A stretch of 64,000 bases of DNA from an uncultured Chloroflexia bacterium (lineage in GTDB: Bacteria; Chloroflexota; Limnocylindria; Limnocylindrales; CSP1-4). Below, one piece after another: positions 35,801-45,055 of the stretch. The position numbers were made by a program, and so were the translations under genes. The notes under the pieces were generated by a model. It ran no database searches. It was not told where the DNA came from and worked only from the letters and a program-made list of their open reading frames with translations. The first letter of the stretch is position 1. Each line of letters opens with the position of its first letter. The DNA is taken from contig CAVVJT010000004.1 in the NCBI GenBank assembly GCA_963748625.1, forward strand, positions 736,001 through 800,000, read 5' to 3'.

Positions 35801-36815
35801 AGGATCGAGGTGCATCCGCGTGACCGGCGAGGCGGGCACGGGGACGCCGTCGATCGCGGTCAGCTCCCCGATGATGAAGAAGCCCGGGTCCCCCGGCCGG
35901 TCGTCGGCCACCACCTGGCGCACGGTGCCCAGCACCTCGGGGCTCCCCGCCTGCAGCGAGCCATCCCCCGCATCGGGCGTCGAGACAACCGCGACCGGTC
36001 CGGTCCGCAGGCCGACCTTCGTGAAGCTGCCGCCAAGATACGTGCGGCCGGTGGTGGCATCGGTCACGATCGCGCGCACCGCACCGTTGACGGCGTACAG
36101 GCCCAGATCCACACCCCCGGGCGGCCGGATCGACTCGATGTGCACGGTGACGCCACTGGCCGCCGCGTGGTAGGTGTCCCCCGCCTGCGATGCCGTGAGG
36201 GTGCAGGTCCCCGGGGTGTCGAGGGTGACGGAGGTGGTGCCGAGGGTGCAGATGGCCGGCGTCATGACGGCCCAGGCGATCGGCAGCCCTGCGTCCGAGG
36301 AGGCGACGAGCGCCACGACGGAGCCCACATACGCCGAGGGCGCCATCTTCACAGCGATGGACTGGCTGCCGACCACCGCGACGGACGCGGTCACATCCTC
36401 GGCCGCCACCCACGTCGCGTCGCCTGGCTGCGAGGCCGTGACCGAGCAGAGTCCCGCGACCTCGAGGACGAGGAGCGGCTCGCTGATGGAGCAGACGTCC
36501 GGCGTGCTCACGGCGAACGTCACCGGGAGCCCGGAGTCTGCCGTTGCCACGAGCTGGATCGAGTCGCCCACGCCACCACTGGACCGCCAGGTTGAACGTG
36601 ATCACCTGTGGAGTGCCGGAGGCCGGCGCGGACGTCGGCTCAGGTGTGGGCTCGGTGGTGAGGACGACCCCAGGCGTTGGAGTTGGCCCCAATACGGGAG
36701 TCGGGTCAGGCGCAGAGGGTCCGGTCGCCCCCACCGGGGCTGGGGCCGCAGCACTGCTCACCACGACGAGCGCGGCGAGCAGTGTGGTGGTGATGCGGGC
36801 AGCCAGGCGAAGCAT
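32868..36815 (-). pseudogene. Large secreted beta-propeller / Ig-like protein interrupted by three +1 frameshifts (or sequencing errors)
   Basis: Signal peptide from ATG 36815. Coding continues across shifts near 36583, 34365 and 34280 through ORF pieces 36842/36571/34407/34259. SGLPVTF repeats and GGxF propeller motifs. Confidence 0.75.
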
Positions 36816-36993
36816 GCGTGTCCTCGTGCTGTGCAGGCTCAAGGAGGACGACGGCGGTCCGACGGGCGGACCAGGGCGCGGCTGTCGTCGCGGATGCCAC
36901 GCGGTCTCCCCCGCAGGGCTCCTCCAGCGTACGCCCGACCCGGGTCCAAGGCATGACCTGTTTCGGGGGGTCGACGCGGCCGTTGGTCCTCGG

Positions 36994-37980
36994 TCAACTG
37001 CTGGCCGAGCGCGACGGCGCCCGGTCCCAGCGGTGCGCCCGCAGCGCCGTCATCAGCTCGTCGGGCAGCGGCCCGGCCTCGGCCGCCACGACGTTGTCGG
37101 CCAGGTGCTCGGGCCGCCGCATCCCGGGGATGACCGTCGTCACGTCCGGGCTCGAGAGGATGAACCGCAACGCCAGCTGCGCCATCGTCTGGCCCTCGGG
37201 GACCAGCGGCCGCAGCGCGTCAACCCGCGTCACCGTCTCGCCCAGGTTCGCCGGCGTGAAGTAGGTGTTCCGCCAGTCCCCGTCCGGCCATCGGCTGTCC
37301 AGGGTCAGTTCGCCGGTCAGGCTCCCCTCGTCCAGCGGCACCCGCGCGATCACGGCGATGCCCAACTCCCGGCACAGCGGGAACAGCTCGTCCTCGGGCG
37401 ACTGGTCGAAGATGTTGTAGACGACCTGCACCGCGTCAATGAGGCCCGTCCGGAGCGTCCGCAGCACGTTGGACGGCTCGCGGCGGTTGACGCTGATGCC
37501 CACGAACCGGGCCAGGCCCTCGCTCCGGAGCGCCTCCACGGCGCCCTGCCAGGTGACGTCGTCGGCCCACTCGTCCTGCCAGACGTGGAACTGGACCAGG
37601 CCGATGGGCGGCGCCCCCACTTTGCGCAACATGCCGGCCGCCGATCCGCGGATGTGGTCGGGCGGGAAGACATCCTTGATCCGGCTGCCGGGCCGGGCAG
37701 GCCACTCTCGGTTCCTGGGCGGGATCTTGGAGGCGAGCAGCAGCTCACGGTTCGGGTTTGCGGCCCGAAGCTCGCCCATCAGGCCGTCGGTCGCCCCGTA
37801 CCCGTAGACCTGGGCCGAGTCGAAGAAGGTGACGCCCGCATCCACGGCGGCCTGCAGCACGGCCATCGACGCGCCGTCGTCGGCGCCGGTCCATCCGCCG
37901 GTGCCCCCACCCATCCCCCACATGCCGACACCGAGCTCGCTGACGGTGAAGCCGGTTCGCCCGAAGGGTCGATGTCGCAT
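36994..37980 (-). CDS. Aldo/keto reductase
   Basis: FFDSAQVYG, ASK, QVVYNIFDQ, VIPGMR. Confidence 0.93.
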   Translation of the reverse strand: MRHRPFGRTGFTVSELGVGMWGMGGGTGGWTGADDGASMAVLQAAVDAGVTFFDSAQVYGYGATDGLMGELRAANPNRELLLASKIPPRNREWPARPGSRIKDVFPPDHIRGSAAGMLRKVGAPPIGLVQFHVWQDEWADDVTWQGAVEALRSEGLARFVGISVNRREPSNVLRTLRTGLIDAVQVVYNIFDQSPEDELFPLCRELGIAVIARVPLDEGSLTGELTLDSRWPDGDWRNTYFTPANLGETVTRVDALRPLVPEGQTMAQLALRFILSSPDVTTVIPGMRRPEHLADNVVAAEAGPLPDELMTALRAHRWDRAPSRSASS

Positions 37981-38153
37981 GGGGGCTCCTCACGGGCAGG
38001 GGTCCGCTGACGGCGGAGGGGGATGGGGCGGGAGAAGGGGTCCGAACCAGGACACGCAGTACATCACGATCCAGCAGGCGTCGGCGTCGACAGAACGGCG
38101 ATCGAGGTGCTGCCTTGGAGGCCCACGACGGCGATTCCAGGCCGGCGATGCCC

Positions 38154-38993
38154 CTACCTGGACCCCCACAGCTCTCCACCCTCGACGCCCAGGGTCCAGG
38201 CCCCGCGGTCCGCAGCCCACTGCTGCGCGGCCTCGACAAGCTTGGGGTTCCCGGAGTTCAGGAAGCACTCGGCCATGTCCTGGTAGCCGTTCTTCTTGAA
38301 TGCGGCCAGGAGGGCCTTCTCCGTCCCGGGCTGACCGATCCTGATGAGTGGCCCGTAGACCTCGATGGTCTTGAACGACTTGAGGAGCTTCAGGAGTGGA
38401 GCCGCGTCCGCTTGGTTGATCGCGACAAGGGCATCCGTGAACCCATTGTTCTGACACGCGGCGTAGGTCGACTCGGCCAGCACCAGGTTGTGTTCCACGC
38501 CCCCGATGCGGCCCAGGATGCCAGCGGCGGTGTCTGCACGCTCCGCACGTCCAGGTATCGCCTGGCTTGGCTGCCAGGTGGTGATCGACTCGACAAGGAA
38601 GGCGATCACCTCGGCGTTGGCGATCTTCTCGAGCGCTTCCCATGCGACGTCCGCAGCGCCTTGGTGGACATCTGGATCCGTCACGGCAGCCACGAGCACC
38701 GGGACTGCAGCGGGGTCGCCCTTGTCCCTGAGGGCCTCGGCCGCGGTCGTGCTGTAGGCGTCGCACGACCGTGCGCTCTTGGACTCGCAGTCCGTGGCCG
38801 CGGCCGGGTCGACCAGGATGGCACCGAGCTCGGCGACGGATCTGACTGACCAGTCGGGAGTGGGAGACGGCGACGGCTGGTTGGCGGTCCCCGAGCAGGT
38901 TGCGACCATGACCATCACGACGACGATCGCCACGAGCTCGGTCAACGCCCGCGGGACGCGCATCCCGCGGGTCGTGCCGGCCGTTCCCCACAT
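38154..38993 (-). CDS. Hypothetical exported/lipoprotein with HEAT-like helical repeats
   Basis: Hydrophobic N-terminus ending VATC. Repeats AAEALRDKGDPAAVPVL and AAGILGRIG. RBS GGAGG. Confidence 0.65.
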   Translation of the reverse strand: MWGTAGTTRGMRVPRALTELVAIVVVMVMVATCSGTANQPSPSPTPDWSVRSVAELGAILVDPAAATDCESKSARSCDAYSTTAAEALRDKGDPAAVPVLVAAVTDPDVHQGAADVAWEALEKIANAEVIAFLVESITTWQPSQAIPGRAERADTAAGILGRIGGVEHNLVLAESTYAACQNNGFTDALVAINQADAAPLLKLLKSFKTIEVYGPLIRIGQPGTEKALLAAFKKNGYQDMAECFLNSGNPKLVEAAQQWAADRGAWTLGVEGGELWGSR

Positions 38994-39222
38994 GGTCAGC
39001 CCTCCAGGACGCATCAGGTCGCGTGTCGGTCTCGCCAGTGGCTCGGCGCGGCTCGACGGCCGTGGGCTGGATCGCGCATCGATGCCACCCGCGGAACGAG
39101 AGGAACGTTGGGCGGCTCCTGCCCGCGCCACCAGAGCCGGTCGGTCACGGAACGCGCCCCCAGACGGCCCCGTCGGGATGCCACGTATCAGGGCGCGTGA
39201 CGTGCTGTGCACGAGCAGGGAT

Positions 39223-39269
39223 TGGAGCGGGAGACGGGGTTCGAACCCGCGACATGCAGCTTGGAAGGC
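39223..39269 (-). repeat. 47-bp duplicate of the 3' half of tRNA-Gly (att-like site)
   Basis: Identical to 40516-40562 (TGGAGCGGGAGACGGGGTTCGAACCCGCGACATGCAGCTTGGAAGGC). Confidence 0.95.
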
Positions 39270-39519
39270 CGGGATGGCCATGCGTCTCAGCATCCTGCTC
39301 GGGACGCGAGCGAATCGTGTCCAGTTATCGTGTCGTGCGGGCCGCCTCGCTGCCCAGGCGCCAGCGGTTCGTGAATGGGCGGCAGCGAGCCGCGCCTGAC
39401 TGCAGTACCCCTGGCTGCCATAGCTAGATCGGACTCGCGGCGTTGGCTGTGCGACAGACATCTGTGCGACCACCTTCTGGTCGGATGCTGCGCGAGCAAG
39501 TCGCTACAGTCCGCGAGCC

Positions 39520-39690
39520 TCATGGAGTGCGCGGACCATGGGCACACTGGATCGGTCCGCCTGAAGACCGTGTGATGGTCGAGGTCCGGAAGGACTACCC
39601 CGTCCACCACAGGCGCGTCCGCAGTCTCCTTGTCGCCGCTGGGCGAGTCATCGCCACCGACGAAGGCAAGGGCGGGGCGAACCTGGCCAT
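39520..39690 (-). pseudogene. Relic of an alpha/beta-hydrolase C-terminus
   Basis: QVRPALAFVGGDD...VVLPDLDHHTVFRRTDPV, then frameshifted VPMVRAL. Resembles the acid/His catalytic region, with no N-terminal half. Confidence 0.35.
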
Positions 39691-39826
39691 ATGGCGTATC
39701 GCTCGACCCGGCCACAACGGCCGCTCCGCCGGGCTCGGCGGGCTGCCTGAGGCCGTCGCCGCTGGGGCCTCGCGCCCGAGGACCCCGACCAGATGCGCGA
39801 AGCCGGGCCGGGCAGCTCGCCGAGCG

Positions 39827-40150
39827 TCAGGGCTTGTCCAGCTCCTCGGCCAGGGTCGTGCAGAGCTTCGCTTCGCGGAGGCCCTCGGGCCCCTCGCAGA
39901 TCTTCCGGTACCAGGCGGCGTTCAGGACGGGGAGCGCGTTCGCGAGCTTCGCGCTCGCCGCCACGTACTCGACGGCACTGCACGCCTCGAACACGCTCCG
40001 GACGTACGTGTTCCCCTCTGCGGCTTCCGCTGCCTGCCATGCCTTCTCGCATGGCGTCTCCGCGGTGGGCGTAGTCGCTGACGGTCCTGCGCCCGTGGCG
40101 CATCCGGCGATCAGCAGGCACCCGGTCAGGACAGCGATGGCACGCAGCAT
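39827..40150 (-). CDS. Small Cys-containing lipoprotein
   Basis: Lipobox IAGC plus four further Cys. GGAG precedes ATG 40150. Confidence 0.7.
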   Translation of the reverse strand: MLRAIAVLTGCLLIAGCATGAGPSATTPTAETPCEKAWQAAEAAEGNTYVRSVFEACSAVEYVAASAKLANALPVLNAAWYRKICEGPEGLREAKLCTTLAEELDKP

Positions 40151-40515
40151 GGGCGGGGACTCCTGGCAGTCCATTCGGGGACCACGGTCGGCAACGGTGG
40201 CCTCAACCCTGTAGACGTCCGGCCACGTCAAGTGTTGCGTCGAGCGTCCGGCCGCAACCCGGGAAGTGGTGGCGACCCACCTGCTGGCGACACGATGGGC
40301 CGCCCTTCCCGCGCTGGCAGGAGACGTCGGTCGCGAAGCGGCCCCGAGCGCACCCGGCGGGGCGCTCGCAACGCCGTACCTAAGGGCGTGGATCGCCCCA
40401 CGTCGACCCGTAGTCTGCATGTTCATCGCTGTCACCACGCCGTACCGTAAGTGGCCGGTTGGCGGACGACGGGATCCAGAAGGCTGCGTGTGCATTCACG
40501 CACGAACTGGGGTTG

Positions 40516-40591
40516 TGGAGCGGGAGACGGGGTTCGAACCCGCGACATGCAGCTTGGAAGGCTGCCGCTCTGCCAACTGAGCTACTCCCGC
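40516..40591 (-). tRNA. tRNA-Gly (anticodon TCC)
   Basis: GCGGGAGTAGCTCAGTTGGCAGAGCGGCAGCCTTCCAAGCTGCATGTCGCGGGTTCGAACCCCGTCTCCCGCTCCA forms a 76-nt cloverleaf with encoded CCA. Confidence 0.98.
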
Positions 40592-40895
40592 CCAAGCACG
40601 AATCTCGTCGATTCGGGCCAGTTCCGCCGCGATGTGCACCTGTGCGTGTGCCTACGCGACGGAGCCGGTGTCGGCCCGGCGAGTGTACGGCAGGTGGGCC
40701 GGGTGCGGTGGATGGGACGTCGCAGCAACTCGTGACGCCCGCCTCAAGGGAGATCAGGCTCGACGCGTTCGCTGTGGCGCTTCCAGTCGAAAGGCATCGA
40801 GCTCCCGCAGGAAGACTTCTTCGCGCAATTCCTCTGTGAGGATCGCGAGCAGCTCAGCCACATCCTTATCCCGGGCAGCCGTTCATACTCGCGCC

Positions 40896-41696
40896 ATGCC
40901 CGCACGCCAGTCCGTTCCGTGGCCGGAGATCCACGAGCTCCTGCTCGCCGCGGGCGTCGTGCGCGAGCCGCGGGCGTTCTGCGTGCGCGCGGTGCGCGAG
41001 CTGGCGCGGCTCGTCCCGTACGACCAGGCACGGGTCTACTTCCTCGATCCCGCAGGGCTGATCGAGGATGAGGTCCTCCTGGGCGCGGATCCGGCGTGGA
41101 GCGAACGCTACGTGAACCACTACGCAGGACTGGATCACGGGCTGTACTCCGTCGCAGGGAGGCGACGGGCGCTCCTCCAGCGGCGGCTCGAGCCGGGCCA
41201 CGTCGCAATGCCCGGCCTCGAGGGCGGCTTCTACGACTGGGAGGAGCACCGGCGCGACGAGTTCGTCGCCGACTACGTCCTCGCGCAGGGGATCCGGCAC
41301 AGCGCGGGTTTCGCCTTCCACGACCCGATCGGGCGGGTCGCCGCCATGTACGCCCTCGACCGCACGACGCGCGGCGGGTTCACGGCGCTCGAGGTGGAGA
41401 CGCTCCGGCGCGTCCAGCCGCACCTCGACAACCTCCACCGCAACCTGCTTGTCCAGCCCTCGAGCGCCCGGGCGATCGACGCTTCGGCCGAGGAGTCCCT
41501 GTCCGCGCGGGAGCGCGAAGTGGCGACCCTCGTGTTGCGGGGCATGACGCCCGCCGCGATTGCCCGCGAGCTCGTTATCAGCCGGCCGACGGTGTACCGG
41601 CACATCGCGAACATCCACACGAAGCTCGCCGTCGCGAACCGCCAGGAGCTGCTGCTGCGCCTGGCGGGAATGGGAGCGGGCGGCGCCCCGACGTGA
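40896..41696 (+). CDS. LuxR-family regulator with GAF/autoinducer-binding-like N-terminal domain
   Basis: C-terminal LSAREREVA...IARELVISRPTVYRHIANIHTKL. Confidence 0.88.
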   Translation: MPARQSVPWPEIHELLLAAGVVREPRAFCVRAVRELARLVPYDQARVYFLDPAGLIEDEVLLGADPAWSERYVNHYAGLDHGLYSVAGRRRALLQRRLEPGHVAMPGLEGGFYDWEEHRRDEFVADYVLAQGIRHSAGFAFHDPIGRVAAMYALDRTTRGGFTALEVETLRRVQPHLDNLHRNLLVQPSSARAIDASAEESLSAREREVATLVLRGMTPAAIARELVISRPTVYRHIANIHTKLAVANRQELLLRLAGMGAGGAPT

Positions 41697-41716
41697 CGCC
41701 GCCCGCCCCGTGAGCG

Positions 41717-42613
41717 CTACTTCCTGATCATCAGGCGCGCGCCACCGTCCACGACCACGGTCGCCCCGTGCATGAAGTCGCTCACCGGCGTGGCGAGCAT
41801 GAACACGGCACGCGCGACCTCGTCGGGGTCGGTCACGGGTGCCTGACCCGGCTCCCCCATCGCCTCGCGGATCTCGGGTGTCAGCTCAATCGAGGAGTGC
41901 ATCGCACCCGGCGACATCATCCCGCCCGGCAGAACGCAGTTGATCGTGATGCCGAGTGGCTTGAGTTCCCGGGCGAGCGACTGCGAGATGCCCACCACGC
42001 CGGACTTGGCCGCCACGTACGGGATCAGCATCCCGTAGGTGCTCTCCATCGAGATGCCGGCGATCGACGCCACGTTGACGATCCGCCCGCGCCGGCCCTG
42101 CTCGACCATTCGGCGTGCGACGGCCTGCGTGAAGAAGACGGTTCCCTTGAGGTCCGTGTCCACAACGGCGTCCCAGGTCTGCTCGGTCAGGTCGAGGAAC
42201 TTCGTCACTCGCCACAGGGCGGCGTTGTTGATGAGGATGTCGACGCCGCCGAACGCCTCGACGGTGGCCTCGACCGCCCGCTCGATCTGGACCAGGTCGC
42301 GGATGTCCGCGATCTCGAAGCGGACATCGCGGCCCTTCGCGGTGAAGTACGCGACAGCTGCCTCCGCGAACTCGAGGGCGATGTCCACGATCATGACCTT
42401 GGCGCCGGCCTCGGTCAGGCGGTTGACGATCGAGAACCCGAGTCCGCGCGCGCCGCCGGTGACAATCGCCGTCTTTCCCGTCAGGTCGAGCATGTCGGCC
42501 ATGGGGACCGCATGCTCGGCCCCCGCGACCTTCACGCCGCCGACCTCGGCGCCGTTGATATCGAACCCGAGCAGCCGCTGGTACATCGGGTCGAAGGTGT
42601 AGAGCTCGTCCAC
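41717..42613 (-). CDS. Short-chain dehydrogenase/reductase
   Basis: TGGARGLG, NNAA, YVAAK, VDGG. RBS GAGGAG precedes GTG 42613. About 35-aa N-terminal extension. Confidence 0.92.
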   Translation of the reverse strand: MDELYTFDPMYQRLLGFDINGAEVGGVKVAGAEHAVPMADMLDLTGKTAIVTGGARGLGFSIVNRLTEAGAKVMIVDIALEFAEAAVAYFTAKGRDVRFEIADIRDLVQIERAVEATVEAFGGVDILINNAALWRVTKFLDLTEQTWDAVVDTDLKGTVFFTQAVARRMVEQGRRGRIVNVASIAGISMESTYGMLIPYVAAKSGVVGISQSLARELKPLGITINCVLPGGMMSPGAMHSSIELTPEIREAMGEPGQAPVTDPDEVARAVFMLATPVSDFMHGATVVVDGGARLMIRK

Positions 42614-42714
42614 TGGTGACTCCTCGGGCGCGTGGCCGCGCGGGCGCATGGGGAACCAGGCGCAGCCCGCAGTCCCTGCCGCGAGCCGCGCCTGCTGGCC
42701 GTGGGGCTTGTCGG

Positions 42715-43613
42715 CTACTTCTTCTCGAGGAGCTCGCGGAACCTGTCGAGCTCGTCGGGCTTCATGCCGTATCCGTGCTCGGGCTGCGGGTAGGTGCCCG
42801 ACTGCACCTCGGCGCCGAACGCCCCGATCGCGCGGGCAGCGAACTCGAAGTAGTTCGCGTAGACCTTGGCGTGGGCGCCCAGGCGGTCGGCTGGCATCAT
42901 GCCGAACAGGTCGAAGTGGACGAGCTCGGAGCCGTCCGCCGCACCGCCTGCCGCCACGGCCACGACGGGCACGCGCAGCTTGGCGGCGATCGCGTCGGTG
43001 ACCTCGCGCGGGGTCAGCTCGATGGTCATGCCCATCATGCCGGCCTCCTGGTACGCGTAGGCCTGCTCGTAGATCTCCATTGCGGTCTCGGCGGTGGTCC
43101 CGCACTTCTTGTAGCCGCCGTGGGCTGCGGTCTGCCAGCCGGACAGGGCGCCGACGTGGCCGAACACCACGATGTGGTTCTTGGCCAGATGCTCCAGGGT
43201 CTCGAGGTTGACGCCCATCGGCAGGATGCTGTCGGCGCCCTCGGCCATGAGGATCGACGAGCGCTCGAGGGCCTTGTCCTTGTTGGCGAACTCCGGCGTC
43301 TGCAGGTACGCGTTGAGGTGCACGACCGAGGCGACGCGGCGCAGCTCGCGGGTCCACCAGGGAGATTCTGGATGCGGTGCTCGATGTTCTCGCCGGGCGC
43401 GGTGTAGCGCACGATGTCCACGCCGGCCATCTCGGCTGCCATGGTCCAGTACGGGTCCAGGTGGGCCGGGCAGTACTGGACGATCTTCTCGCCGTTGTCC
43501 TTCTTCTTCTGCAGGTACGCGATCGACTTGCGCCCCTTCTTGATCAGGGACGACTTGACCGCCGCCTTGTCGCTGTCCTTGATCTCGACGTCGTCGACTG
43601 TCTCTTCGGTCAT
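42715..43613 (-). CDS. Divergent ketopantoate hydroxymethyltransferase (PanB)-like protein with one apparent -1 frameshift near 43361
   Basis: KKxxGEKI N-terminus, AAEMAGVD, GHVG, GGYK, AYQEAG..IE, DG..LV..DLFG, YP.PEH. The frame break is at CTCCC|TGG. Confidence 0.8.
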
Positions 43614-43698
43614 AGCCGGCTGCTCCACTGCACTGCGGGTCGCAACCCGTGACGGGTCGCCAGTGACCCAATCGTGGCGGACACGCCGGACACTGGAA

Positions 43699-43714
43699 TA
43701 CACAAGACTGTGTA
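43699..43714. promoter_or_regulatory. Palindromic operator upstream of the PanB-like/SDR operon
   Basis: TACACA-AGAC-TGTGTA, AT-rich, about 85 bp upstream of the ATG. Confidence 0.5.
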
Positions 43715-43898
43715 GTGATGGGTGGAGCACAGGCCGTGCCGCTCCATCCAGGCACCGAGCCCCGCAGATCCGGGTGCGGCCGACGAGTCCGGCTCAGTCG
43801 GCTCGTGCCCGTGGCACGTGGATCACCGATGCGCCGCTCCGCGAGCACGATGGTGATCCAACTCGCAGAGGGCGCCGGCGTCGGTCCCCAACCCGGGT

Positions 43899-44600
43899 TC
43901 AGGCGCTGGCGCGGACTGCCTGGGCCGTCGCCGCGAGCGTGCGCGCGAACGGGTTGGGCTCGAACCATGCCGGGAAGGCGCGGGCGAGACGGCTCGGGCC
44001 CACGAGACGCACTGTTCCGGCCTGCTGGAGCTGCCGGAACGTGCGCGACCCGAGCAGCCAGCGGTGGAGGTCACGGTTGTCCCCGAGGACCGCCAGGTCC
44101 ACCTGGAACCCCGGGTCGATCTGGCATGCCGTGCTGCCGCCCTTGTCCAGCACCAGCCACGCGTCACCGCCACCGGGCCCGTCTGCCGTGATCTGCACGA
44201 CGACGCGCTGGTCTGGAAGCCGGTCAGGCACGACGTGCTGGTGGAGCCGCCAGGCCAGCCACGCGACGTCGAGCTCCTCGTCGGCCGGATCGCCGAACGA
44301 CCAGCGCGCGGCCCAGTGCCCCAATGACCAGACGATCGGCTCCAGCTCCTGGCCGGACTCCGTCAACCGGTATTCGGTCGTGCGGCCGGCCTCGTCAATG
44401 GTCCGCTCCACGATCCCCCGCCGCTCCAGCTCGCGCAGACGCGAGATCAGCAGCGTGCGGCTCATGCGTCCGAGGCCACGGTGGATCTCGTTGAAGTGGC
44501 GGCTGCCGATCATCAGCTCCCGGAGGATCAGCGGCGTCCAGCGGTCACCGAAGAGCTCGGCGCCGACGGCGATGGGGCAGTACTCGCGATAGCTGGGCAT
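43899..44600 (-). CDS. HxlR-family winged-helix regulator with C-terminal SCP2-like domain
   Basis: YCPIA...GDRWTPLILREL, YRLTESG, C-terminal CQIDPG. Confidence 0.92.
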   Translation of the reverse strand: MPSYREYCPIAVGAELFGDRWTPLILRELMIGSRHFNEIHRGLGRMSRTLLISRLRELERRGIVERTIDEAGRTTEYRLTESGQELEPIVWSLGHWAARWSFGDPADEELDVAWLAWRLHQHVVPDRLPDQRVVVQITADGPGGGDAWLVLDKGGSTACQIDPGFQVDLAVLGDNRDLHRWLLGSRTFRQLQQAGTVRLVGPSRLARAFPAWFEPNPFARTLAATAQAVRASA

Positions 44601-44632
44601 TGGCGAATTCTGCGCGCCCTCCGGGCACCCGC

Positions 44633-44653
44633 CTAGTACAGGCTCTGTACCAG
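44633..44653. promoter_or_regulatory. Probable HxlR operator
   Basis: CTA-GTACAG-GCT-CTGTAC-CAG palindrome between the divergent genes. Confidence 0.6.
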
Positions 44654-44855
44654 TTCCCCCGTTCGGCGTTGCATCCGCATGTACGGCCAACGACTGCCGC
44701 GCCGCAGGCGGGACGCGTGCGGGGGCTGCTCCCTGGCGCACCCCACCGGTACCGCATTCGCACTATCGAGCGCCCCGGGCCGGGCGCACGGTGTCACCAG
44801 CGGATCAACGCGCATCGGACGCGCAGCGACCCCGATCCGCCCACGGAGCACCTCG

Positions 44856-44960
44856 ATGGACCTTCTCACCATTCTCCTCGCCGCCCACATCGGCCTCGTC
44901 CTCCTCGCCCTGCTGGCCGTCAACCACGGCGCAGACACGCGCGACGGCTTCGCGCGATGA
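44856..44960 (+). CDS. 34-aa single-TM small protein
   Basis: MDLLTILLAAHIGLVLLALLAVNHGADTRDGFAR with GGAG RBS and high GC3. Confidence 0.65.
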   Translation: MDLLTILLAAHIGLVLLALLAVNHGADTRDGFAR

Positions 44961-44999
44961 GCCAGCCGATGAGCCAGCCGATGAGCCAGCCGATGAGCC
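44955..44999 (+). repeat. 12-bp tandem repeat containing the small-ORF stop codon
   Basis: CGATGAGCCAGC x3 plus a partial copy. Confidence 0.9.
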
Positions 45000-45055
45000 G
45001 GGCAGCAGCCCGTCCCGCCCAATCCCCGATGCCCCACAGCCCGGAGACCCATGCC

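Larger units (their letters stand above)
39270..40515. mobile_element. About 1.25 kb integrase-less genomic islet at the tRNA-Gly 3' end
   Basis: Bounded by the 47-bp direct repeat. Looks lower in GC and is mostly non-coding. Carries one lipoprotein gene and a gene relic. Confidence 0.7.

Noticed and set aside
39223-39269. Second tRNA-Gly gene
   Set aside because: Only the 3' 47 nt are present. The D-arm and 5' acceptor strand are missing.
39560-39600. LPDLDHHTVFRRT as a tyrosine-integrase HxxR relic in the islet
   Set aside because: Spacing is HxxxR with no other integrase motifs. The context fits an alpha/beta-hydrolase C-terminus better.
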